Assembly: GCA_965199955.1 (NCBI GenBank) | Contig: CBDATQ010000001.1 | Span: 576,001-640,000, forward strand | From: Spirochaetia bacterium | GTDB taxonomy: Bacteria > Spirochaetota > Spirochaetia > SZUA-6 > Bin103 | Direction: 5' to 3' | Length of the DNA stretch: 64,000 bases | In this document: positions 40,329 through 49,175 of the stretch, one piece after another | How the letters are laid out: every line of letters begins with the position of its first letter | Numbering within the stretch: position 1 is the first letter of the stretch | Position numbers and translations under genes: made by a program | Notes under the pieces: generated by a model | What the model was told of the DNA's origin: nothing | Database searches by the model: none | What the model saw: the letters and a program-made list of their open reading frames with translations, nothing else

Positions 40329-40942
40329 CGGACGAGGTTGTCGTCTCCATCTCGGCGATTGAGCACTTCGCGTACTGCCCGCGACAATGCGCGTTGATTC
40401 ACTGTGACGGCGTGTGGACCGACAATGAACACACGGTACAAGGGTCACGAGCTCACCGCCGCGTCGACAGCGGGCACCATCGCCACGAACGAGGCCGGCT
40501 GGTCCTCCGTTCCATCCCTCTCTGGTCGGAGACTCTTGGCTTGTCCGGTCGTGCCGATGCAGTCGAGATCGATTCCCACGCAGTCCGGCCGGTAGAGTAC
40601 AAGTCGGGCACCCGGCATGGATCGGCCGCGGATCTTCAACTGTGTGCTCAGGCGCTGTGTCTGGAGGAGATGCTCGACGTGGACATTCCAGATGGCCATG
40701 TTTGGTACGGCGGACCGAGGCGTCGCGTGCGGGTACGCTTTACGTCGGCTCTACGCCGTGAGGTGCGAGGGATCATTGAGGAAATCCGGACGCAGTTATT
40801 GACAACTTATCTGCCGGAAGCGCCCAACGATCGCCGCTGCACGGAGTGTCAACTACTCCATCATTGTCTGCCGGGGGTCACCAGTGCACCGCACACGGTC
40901 AGCCGCTACATGGCGGAGTCGGTATTCGGATGCGGTACCTGA
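40325..40942 (+). CDS. cas4: CRISPR-associated exonuclease Cas4
   Basis: HFAYCPRQ, GRADAVE, PVEYK, QLCAQALCLEEM and CxxC...C Fe-S cysteines; GTGA coupling. Confidence 0.95.
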   Translation: MTDEVVVSISAIEHFAYCPRQCALIHCDGVWTDNEHTVQGSRAHRRVDSGHHRHERGRLVLRSIPLWSETLGLSGRADAVEIDSHAVRPVEYKSGTRHGSAADLQLCAQALCLEEMLDVDIPDGHVWYGGPRRRVRVRFTSALRREVRGIIEEIRTQLLTTYLPEAPNDRRCTECQLLHHCLPGVTSAPHTVSRYMAESVFGCGT

Positions 40943-41897
40943 GCACGGTCTACGTCCGTGATCATCGGGCGCGGGTCACACACCGGCGTGGCTCGTTGCT
41001 GGTTTCTTCGCCTGATGGGAGCCAGCGAGTCCCGCTCGAAGCGATCGATGCGGTCGTCATGTTGGGCAGCGGCCAGATCACGACTCAGGCGCTGGAAGCC
41101 TGCGTCCGACGCGGCGTTCGCGTCACGGCGCTGAAGATGAGCGGAGCCGTGCGCTTCGTGGTCGGAGAATCGACCGGAGGCAACGTCCACCTGCGAACGT
41201 CGCTGTATCGGGTCGTTACCGACGCCGCACACTCGTTGGCGCTGTCCAAGGCGATCGTGGCGGCGAAGCTTCAGAACAGCCGTAGGGTCGTGGACCGCTG
41301 GGCACGCGACGAGAAGGCACGGGACGATTCCCGTTTTCTCGCGCAGCGCGGCGTTCAGATTACGGAACGGATTTCCCGATTGCCTGGAGCCAATACCCCT
41401 GACCATGTTCGTGGGATCGAGGGTGATGCCGCAAGATCGTACTTCGGCGCGGTCGGTCAAGCCGTGTCGAAAAGCGACTTTCGCTTCTCCGGGAGGACGC
41501 GACGCCCGCCGAGAGACCCGGTCAACGCCATGTTCGGATTCTGCTACGGGCTGTTGGTAACGGAGTTCATAGGTGCGTTGGAGAGCGTCGGCTTGGATCA
41601 CCAGATGGGGTTCTTCCACCGTCCTCGTTCTGGCAGGCCGTCTCTCGCGCTCGATCTCGTCGTCGTCAAGTAGGGCCGGAAAGCTTCGTTCGGACGCCAG
41701 GTGGTGGGGTCTACTTGAGCGACGAGGCGAGGACCAGCCTGATCAAAGCGTGGGAATCTCACAAGGAAGTCGAACATTACCATCGGATGTCCGGCCGAAA
41801 GGTCGGACGTTGGGCGCTTCCCTCAGTTCAGGCAACCATGCTTGCCCGTCATCTTCGCGGTGACCTCCCCGAGTATCCACCGTTTGTTATTGCATGA
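40930..41897 (+). pseudogene. cas1: Cas1 disrupted by an internal frameshifting deletion near 41659
   Basis: RGIEGDAA, RRPPRDPVNA, GFFH and SLALDL, then a premature stop at 41673; the C-terminus RRQVGPESF...YPPFVIA* continues in another frame. Confidence 0.88.
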
Positions 41898-41900
41898 CGT

Positions 41901-42191
41901 ATGGACGTCTTGGTTGCGTATGACATCGCGGATACGGACGGGTTTGGCGCGATCCGTCTGCGACGGATCGCGCAGGTATGTGAGAGATACGGTCAGCGCG
42001 TACAGTTTTCTGTGTTTGAATGTCGGTTGCCTCCCGAGCGTTTGGCGCGGTTGATTGGCGAGGTCCAGGACGTAATCGACGGACATCGTGACTCCGTGCT
42101 TGTCTATCGCTTCCCCGGAAGAATGGCCGACGCCAAGCTCCGCTTCGGCCGAGATGAGGCTCACGAGCTGGGGCAACCCTGGTTGCTCTGA
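41901..42191 (+). CDS. cas2: CRISPR-associated Cas2
   Basis: LVAYDI, RLRRIAQVCERYGQRVQFSVFEC and DSVLVY motifs. Confidence 0.96.
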   Translation: MDVLVAYDIADTDGFGAIRLRRIAQVCERYGQRVQFSVFECRLPPERLARLIGEVQDVIDGHRDSVLVYRFPGRMADAKLRFGRDEAHELGQPWLL

Positions 42192-42395
42192 CCGGTCTGC
42201 GAACCTCCGGTGATCCGGGGAGGTGCGCACTCAACGGGGTTCGAAAGTCCTATATGGCTACGACTCGCACCGATTTCGGCTGCATGGTTGCATCAAGAGC
42301 GTCGTGAATCGCCTCATATTCGTCAGGACTTGGTCCTCGGTCGAGACCAAACAGCGCACTATCGCCTTCCGAAGCTCACTTTTCCCAGATTAGCA
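42192..42395 (+). promoter_or_regulatory. CRISPR leader
   Basis: Lower-GC non-coding segment between cas2 and repeat 1; CGAACC...GGTTCG inverted motif near its 5' end. Confidence 0.75.
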
Positions 42396-44928
42396 GTGTC
42401 GCCGGAGCTTATGCTCCGGCCTTCGTTGAGCGGCGCCATCGCGCGTCATGGAATGACACCTACCGCGCAGGTGTCGCCGGAGCTTATGCTCCGGCCTTCG
42501 TTGAGCGACTACGGACCTCACCTGGACTATTCGACCCTCGCGTGTGTCGCCGGAGCTTATGCTCCGGCCTTCGTTGAGCGACTACGGACCTCACCTGGAC
42601 TATTCGACCCTCGCGTGTGTCGCCGGAGCTTATGCTCCGGCCTTCGTTGAGCGGCAAGGTCAGTAAGGCCCGTCGAGCTCGAAGAAAGCGAGTGTCGCCG
42701 GAGCTTATGCTCCGGCCTTCGTTGAGCGAGTCTGAGCGCATAGCCGCACTGGCGGAAGAGCGCGACGAAGTGTCGCCGGAGCTTATGCTCCGGCCTTCGT
42801 TGAGCGGATCCGAACTGCATGTGCGACGCATGCTCGCTGAAGGTGTCGCCGGAGCTTATGCTCCGGCCTTCGTTGAGCGCCGTCGGCGTGGACGTGGGCC
42901 AGCGGGTCGACCACACCGCGTGTCGCCGGAGCTTATGCTCCGGCCTTCGTTGAGCGTGCTTGACGCCTCAAGACGCGCCCGCCCAATTGCGCGTGTCGCC
43001 GGAGCTTATGCTCCGGCCTTCGTTGAGCGCCGACCGACAGCCGAGGCATCCTGACCCAGGCCGGTGGTGTGTCGCCGGAGCTTATGCTCCGGCCTTCGTT
43101 GAGCGAACCGGCGCGTATCGCCAGCCGGCAGGCCGTGGCGGCAGCGTGTCGCCGGAGCTTATGCTCCGGCCTTCGTTGAGCGCGCCAATCGAGCGGCCTG
43201 GAGACGCATCCAGGTAGGCGTGTCGCCGGAGCTTATGCTCCGGCCTTCGTTGAGCGACCACCTTTCATGAGCTTGAAAACACGTTAGACGAGTGTCGCCG
43301 GAGCTTATGCTCCGGCCTTCGTTGAGCGGAATCGCGCGCGCGCTTGGCAACGACCCGTTCCTGGATTTCGAGTGTCGCCGGAGCTTATGCTCCGGCCTTC
43401 GTTGAGCGCAGGAACTACAGCAGTAGGAACTACAGCAGCAGGAGTGTGTCGCCGGAGCTTATGCTCCGGCCTTCGTTGAGCGGCCCGGCACCGGCTCATG
43501 TACCCTGGCGGCCATGAGGGTGTCGCCGGAGCTTATGCTCCGGCCTTCGTTGAGCGACGAACGAAACGATCGACCAGTACTTTGCACCTTATGGTGTGTC
43601 GCCGGAGCTTATGCTCCGGCCTTCGTTGAGCGAGCAATTCATCGAAGGAAACAAAGCTGGCTTGGCTGGCTGGTGTCGCCGGAGCTTATGCTCCGGCCTT
43701 CGTTGAGCGGGCTACCCTATGCGCGTCGGGCGGTATGGTTCGGCTCGTGTCGCCGGAGCTTATGCTCCGGCCTTCGTTGAGCGCTCGTCGATTGTGGCTT
43801 GGCGGAGCCGCAGTTCCTGCCCGGCTGGTGTCGCCGGAGCTTATGCTCCGGCCTTCGTTGAGCGCGAGCGCCGATGGCCATCATCTTGAGCTGGTCCATG
43901 CGTGTGTCGCCGGAGCTTATGCTCCGGCCTTCGTTGAGCGTCCATCTCAGTTACCCTGTGTATGAAATCGTATACATCGTCGAGGTGTCGCCGGAGCTTA
44001 TGCTCCGGCCTTCGTTGAGCGGAACCAAGGTCAGGTGAATACTACGTTTACGTGGGCAGGTGTGTCGCCGGAGCTTATGCTCCGGCCTTCGTTGAGCGAC
44101 TGGTGTCGAGCGAGCACGCGTCATGCATGCGGTAGCAGGTGTCGCCGGAGCTTATGCTCCGGCCTTCGTTGAGCGCATCGCCAATATGCCAGCAACACTC
44201 GGCATACATACGCGTGTCGCCGGAGCTTATGCTCCGGCCTTCGTTGAGCGCGGCAAGCCCTCAAGGAGGAGTGGATAGCCAAGGGCCGCTACGTGTGTCG
44301 CCGGAGCTTATGCTCCGGCCGTCGTTGAGCGTGTTCGGAAACGGGGGGGACGCAAGATGGCGAACATGTGTCGCCGGAGCTTATGCTCCGGCCTTCGTTG
44401 AGCGCAGGACAGTGAAAGAACGGTCTGACAGCTCTCGTCGTGCTGGTGTCGCCGGAGCTTATGCTCCGGCCTTCGTTGAGCGATCAGAATCACACGTACA
44501 TTCGCGCCATGGCGGTATCCAAGTGTCGCCGGAGCTTATGCTCCGGCCTTCGTTGAGCGCCGGACACCTTCGCCACCGAAGCCGAAGCCAGGCGCAACGT
44601 GTCGCCGGAGCTTATGCTCCGGCCTTCGTTGAGCGGTTTCGAGCGGCCATGATCGCGAGCATGCGGCTATCCGTGTCGCCGGAGCTTATGCTCCGGCCTT
44701 CGTTGAGCGCACTCGCACTGTTCGCGAACTGCCGCTCCTTCACGTGTCGCCGGAGCTTATGCTCCGGCCTTCGTTGAGCGAGAAACTGGGCACATGTCCG
44801 TGAAGCGCACGTGTGAGTGTCGCCGGAGCTTATGCTCCGGCCTTCGTTGAGCGGTGCTGCACGGCGGCGCGGTGCAGCTTGAGGCCGTCACGTGTCGCCG
44901 GAGCTTATGCTCCGGCCTTCGTTGCGCG
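42396..44928 (+). CRISPR. CRISPR array: 34 repeats (37 bp, GTGTCGCCGGAGCTTATGCTCCGGCCTTCGTTGAGCG) and 33 spacers of 34-44 nt
   Basis: Counted by eye; GCCGGAGC/GCTCCGGC hairpin; repeat 26 has T>G at 44321; the last repeat is degenerate (…TTGCGCG), which orients the array with the leader on the left. Confidence 0.99.
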
Positions 44929-45152
44929 GCGGCAGCCCCAGATCTGGGATGCGCATCCAGCTCTCGATGTGAAGCGGGAGTATCAATCCGGTTCCGTCAG
45001 CTTCGATGCCGAAACTCGGCTGATCTGAGGTGATCGCTCGTCGCGAGCCTGTCACGCACGGGCTTCATCCCGGTCAACCGCGATCGGCCGCCGCATCGTC
45101 GCTTGAGGTGCGGCGGATGGCGGGCCGTTCGATGGGTGCGGGCAGGTACGGT

Positions 45153-45693
45153 ATGGCGGAACAACATCGCAACGGCGCCGCACCGGGGGAGATCCAGGAC
45201 GCGGGAGAACAGCCCGCCGATCTCGACCCCCGGAAAGATCTTGGGGCTCAGGTACATCAGGATGAGCGCCGCGGCGAACAATCCGCACGTTGGCGATAGA
45301 TCGACCGTGAGATGCAGGAGACCGCTCGGCGACTGCAGCGGACCTACGAGCTGTTCGTCAGCGAGTGGGACACGTTGATCGAAGCGCTGGCCAAGTGCGA
45401 CCTGATACCACTTTTGAATAGCCGCGGGATCGACGTGGACCACGTGTCCAGACACCACAAGCGGAACTACGGGGGGCGTCGTTGGGACATCGACATCGTC
45501 ACCGTCAACAGCCGCGAGGTGGTGGCCGTTCTCGTGAGAACGACGCTGAAGAGAGACGGTGTCGATGGAGTTTCTGGACATGTTGCGGCACGTCGAAGGG
45601 GTGATGCGAGAGTATGCCGGGCGAGCGTTCTACAGGGCGGTCGCCTACCTGCAAGCTGAGGAGTCCGCCGATGCACAACCGGGCGCTTCTTGA
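45153..45693 (+). pseudogene. DUF3782/PD-(D/E)XK nuclease-like pseudogene
   Basis: MQETARRL coiled coil, WDTLIEAL, RGIDV, DIDIVTVN..EVVAVLVRTTL and EYAGRAFYRAVAYL motifs; in-frame TAG at 45297 and a frameshift near 45567. Confidence 0.65.
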
Positions 45694-46021
45694 CCATCTC
45701 CGGCGCCTTGAAGCCTGTATCGAAGTCGCATATCAGCAGGGTGCCTGCGCTTTGGATGGAAGGTCGGCATCGAAGAGAACTGGCAGAGTTCCCAGGCTAA
45801 ACGACAAAGGGGCTCTGCCAAACCGCTACCCGCTACCCGCAAGCAGGAAGGTAGTCTTACAAGCCCGACTGATCGGGAACGCCAACATCATACTCGCTGG
45901 CAGCAGCTCGCGTCAAAGCATCACCTGTCGACAGGTCTCGGGCGCACGTTTTGGCCAACCGGCGCCCGGCGGCGCTTGGTAGCCGCCGCGAGCACTGCCG
46001 CCACACCGCAGCAACGTCGCA

Positions 46022-47164
46022 CTACCCCAGGATCAGCGTGGAGTCGGCCAGTGCCTCGGCCAGGGGCAGGAGCTCGATGCCGTCTCGATGCTCCCTGCGG
46101 TCGCCGCCGAACAGCAGGACGCACCGTGCCATCGGGTAGTCGATTCGGAACTGCTTGAGGCCATGGAGGTCGGCGCGCCGGATGGTGCGGGTGCGCTTGA
46201 CTTCGATCGCGATCAGGCCGCCGCCGCCGTAGGCGACGAAGTCCACTTCCGTGCCGGACGCGGTGCGCCAGAAGAAGAGATCCAGCTTGAGCGAGCGGTA
46301 GGCGATGGCCGCGCGCAGCTCCTGGTAGACGAGCGTCTCCAGCGCGGAACCGTCGATCTCCTCCGGGCTGTCGAGCGGACCCGTGGGCCTGATCGCGCGG
46401 TAGACGCCGGCGTCGAACAGGAAGAACTTCGAATGGGCGGTCATGCGGCGTTTGGCTCGCTTGGTGAAGACCGGGACTCTGGTCGCGATCAGCAGGTCTT
46501 CCAGCAGGTCGAAGTAGGCGGCAGCCGTCTTGCGGTCCACGCCCACGTCGCGCGCCACCTCGGACACGTTGAGGGGCGCCGCCTGCGAGAAGCTGGCGCT
46601 TTCCAGGAACCGGCTGAACGTGGCCAGGTTGCGGGTGCGTCCTTCTTCGAGCACCTCCTGGCGGAGGTAGTTCTCGACGTACGATGCCAGGTACGAGTCG
46701 GGGTCCGGCTGGGTGTACACCGACGGAAGCTGGCCGTGGACCAGCGCCCGCTCCAACGAGAAGTCGCTGCCGGCTTCGGCCGCCGTCAGCGGGAACAGGT
46801 GACGGGTGCGCGCTCGGCCGCCCAGCAGGTTGACGCCCCGCCGGCGCAGGCTGCGAGCGCTCGACCCGGTCAGGATGAAGCGAAGCCCTGCCGTCTCGAT
46901 CAGCCGGTGGACCTCGTTGAGGACCAGAGGCGTTCGCTGCACTTCGTCGACCACGACCCATCCTTCATGGCCGGGCGGGATCAGGTCCCGCAGCCGTTGC
47001 GGCCGCGCCAGCAGCTCCAGGTACAGGGCATGGTCGAGCAGATCGAGGTGGACCGCATCCGGGAACCGCTGCTCGAGCAATGTGGCCTTGCCGGTCCCGC
47101 GGGGGCCGAACAGGAAGAAGCTCTGGGGGCCGGCGGAGGGGATCTCCAGAGATCTGGGATACAT
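46022..47164 (-). CDS. AAA_14 ATPase with DUF4143 and a C-terminal restriction-like domain
   Basis: GPRGTGK, VVDEVQR, LTGSSAR, KFFLFDAG, EVDFV and IEVK motifs. Confidence 0.9.
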   Translation of the reverse strand: MYPRSLEIPSAGPQSFFLFGPRGTGKATLLEQRFPDAVHLDLLDHALYLELLARPQRLRDLIPPGHEGWVVVDEVQRTPLVLNEVHRLIETAGLRFILTGSSARSLRRRGVNLLGGRARTRHLFPLTAAEAGSDFSLERALVHGQLPSVYTQPDPDSYLASYVENYLRQEVLEEGRTRNLATFSRFLESASFSQAAPLNVSEVARDVGVDRKTAAAYFDLLEDLLIATRVPVFTKRAKRRMTAHSKFFLFDAGVYRAIRPTGPLDSPEEIDGSALETLVYQELRAAIAYRSLKLDLFFWRTASGTEVDFVAYGGGGLIAIEVKRTRTIRRADLHGLKQFRIDYPMARCVLLFGGDRREHRDGIELLPLAEALADSTLILG

Positions 47165-47215
47165 GCTCCCATTTTACGACGTAAAACGGGAGTCACAATC
47201 CCGAAATGACCGCAG

Positions 47216-47447
47216 GTGCTTGCCGATGCCTTCGAGCGTTCCGGGAAGGGCGAAGTGTTGTTCGCGCCGGTGGACGTGGAGTTGACGGCGACCGATGTCG
47301 CCCAGCCGGACTTCGTCGTCGTGCTGTCGGAGCGCGCCTCGATCTTGAAGCCGAGCCGAATTGTCGGGGCTCCTGGCTTGGTGGCGGAGATCGTCTCGCC
47401 CTCGAATCGGGAGCACGACACCGTGCACAAGCTTGAGCTATACGGGT
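47216..47447 (+). pseudogene. Uma2-family endonuclease fragment
   Basis: APVDVEL..DVAQPD, GAPGLVAEIVSPS and DTVHKLELY motifs; lacks the normal N- and C-termini and runs into the next gene. Confidence 0.75.
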
Positions 47448-48911
47448 CTACGGAGCGGGAGACTCGGCCGAGAGAGCGCGTGCCGTTTCGACGATGCGGG
47501 TCCAGGCCGCCTCAACGTGCTCGCGGCGGGTCGCGGGAGAGCCGACCGCCAGGCGGAGCACGAACCGGCCGTCGAGCGCGGTGTGGGTGAGGTAGAGGGC
47601 GCCCGACTCGTTGAGCCGGGTCATCAGGGATTCGTTGAACGCATCGCCCGCGCGGTGGCGGAAGCAGACGAGCCCCACCGACAGGGGCGCGGCCAACTCG
47701 AACTCGGCGCTCTGCTCCACCTGCGCGGCGAACCACTCGGCATGGGCGATGCTCGCGCGGACGTGGGCGCGCAGGCCTTCCGCGCCGTAGTGGCGGATGA
47801 CGAACCAGAGCTTGAGGGCGCGGAAGCGGCGGCCGAGCGGCACGTGCCAGTCGCGGTAGTCGATGACCTTGCCGGAGTCGCTGGCCTGGTTGCGCAGGTA
47901 CTCGGGAAGGACACTCAGGGCGCCGATGAGCGCGGCGCGGCCGGCGACCCAGAAGGCGCTGCAGTCGAAGTTGGTGAGCAGCCACTTGTGCGGGTTGAAG
48001 GTGTAGCTGTCCGCGAGTTCGAGCCCGTCGATGAGGCCGCGGTGCTCGGGGCAGATAGTGGCGCTTCCGGCGTGGGCGGCATCGACGTGCAGCCAGATCC
48101 GCTCGCGGCGGCAGAGGCCGCCGATGGCGCGCACCGGGTCCACGGCGCCGGAGGAGGTCGTGCCGACGGTAGCGCAGACCATCGCCGGGGTCGCACCGGC
48201 GTCGCGGTCCGCGGCGATGGCCGCCTGCAGCGCGTCGACGCGCATGGCGTGGCGGCCGTCGGTGTCGACCAGGCGCAGGTTGTCGCGGCCCAGGCCGGCG
48301 ATCTTCACGGCCTTCTCGATCGAGGAGTGGGCGTGGCGGGAGGTGTAGACGGTCAGCCGCCGGCGCGGTGAGCCGTGGCCGGCGCCATGCTCGTTGACTT
48401 CACCGGCGCTGGCGTGTTCGCGCGCCGCGAGCAGGGCGGTGAGCGTGCTGCTCGACGCGCTGTCCTGGATGACGCCGCCGCCGGCCGTTCTCGACCGGAA
48501 GCGCTCCGGGAGCCCGAGCAGGTCGACCAGCCAGTCGAGCACGTGCGCCTCCAGCTCCGTGCAGGCCGGGCTGGTCGCCCAGAGCATGCCCTGCACGCCG
48601 AGGCCCGAGGAGAGCAGGTCGCCCAGGATCCCCGGGCCGGAGGCGTTGGCCGGGAAGTAGGCGAAGAAGTTCGGCGACTGCCAGTGCGTGATGCCGGGCA
48701 TGACGATGTCGTCGACGTCGCGCAGCACGTCGGCGAAGGGCTCGGCGCGCTCGGGTGCGGTGCGCGGCAGGCGGGCGCGCACCGATCCGGGGGCCGCGCG
48801 CGAGAGGACCGGGTAGTTCTCGATCTCCTCCATGTAGCGGGCGATGCGCTCGATCATCTCGGCGCCGCAGCGCCGGAACTCGTCGGGCGTCATGTGCCCC
48901 GCGTCGTCCAT
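47448..48911 (-). CDS. Group II PLP-dependent aromatic L-amino acid decarboxylase
   Basis: PGITHWQSP, SPACTELE, HVDAAH, FNPHKWL and GRRFRALKLW motifs. Confidence 0.93.
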   Translation of the reverse strand: MDDAGHMTPDEFRRCGAEMIERIARYMEEIENYPVLSRAAPGSVRARLPRTAPERAEPFADVLRDVDDIVMPGITHWQSPNFFAYFPANASGPGILGDLLSSGLGVQGMLWATSPACTELEAHVLDWLVDLLGLPERFRSRTAGGGVIQDSASSSTLTALLAAREHASAGEVNEHGAGHGSPRRRLTVYTSRHAHSSIEKAVKIAGLGRDNLRLVDTDGRHAMRVDALQAAIAADRDAGATPAMVCATVGTTSSGAVDPVRAIGGLCRRERIWLHVDAAHAGSATICPEHRGLIDGLELADSYTFNPHKWLLTNFDCSAFWVAGRAALIGALSVLPEYLRNQASDSGKVIDYRDWHVPLGRRFRALKLWFVIRHYGAEGLRAHVRASIAHAEWFAAQVEQSAEFELAAPLSVGLVCFRHRAGDAFNESLMTRLNESGALYLTHTALDGRFVLRLAVGSPATRREHVEAAWTRIVETARALSAESPAP

Positions 48912-48928
48912 GGAAAGCAGCCCCTTGC

Positions 48929-49129
48929 CTATGCAGGCGTGATGAAGGTCTCTGCGAGGGCGACCACGCAGGAACTGCGGTCGCCGCCGATCTCGTGGTT
49001 GGAGCGGTTCTCCAGCGCGGCGGCACCCTCGGCCAGCCCGTACGCCCGGAAGGTGTCGAGGGTCGTCCGCTGCGGCGTGAAGGTGCTGGTCTCCTGGGTG
49101 TAGGCGACGATCGCCACGCGCGGGTTCAT
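48929..49129 (-). pseudogene. Truncated MlrC/M81 metallopeptidase N-terminus
   Basis: MNPRVAIVAYTQETSTFTP resembles M81 starts; GGAG RBS; stops after 66 aa. Confidence 0.55.
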
Positions 49130-49175
49130 GTGGTCTCCGCCATGGTACTCACCCGTCCGAGGGCGCGACAGCCGG

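Noticed and set aside
42225..42255. GGTTCGAA T-loop-like motif
   Set aside because: No cloverleaf; better explained as part of the CRISPR leader inverted motif
44332..44367. Spacer 26 with self-complementary ends and a riboswitch-like GGACGCAA
   Set aside because: Too short, inside a spacer, and likely chance
42433..44891. Self-targeting spacers within the window
   Set aside because: None found by eye; a computational search of the whole genome is still needed
42210..45028. ORFs with repeated VSPELMLRPSLS / LNEGRSISSGDT peptides
   Set aside because: These are translations of the CRISPR repeat, not genes
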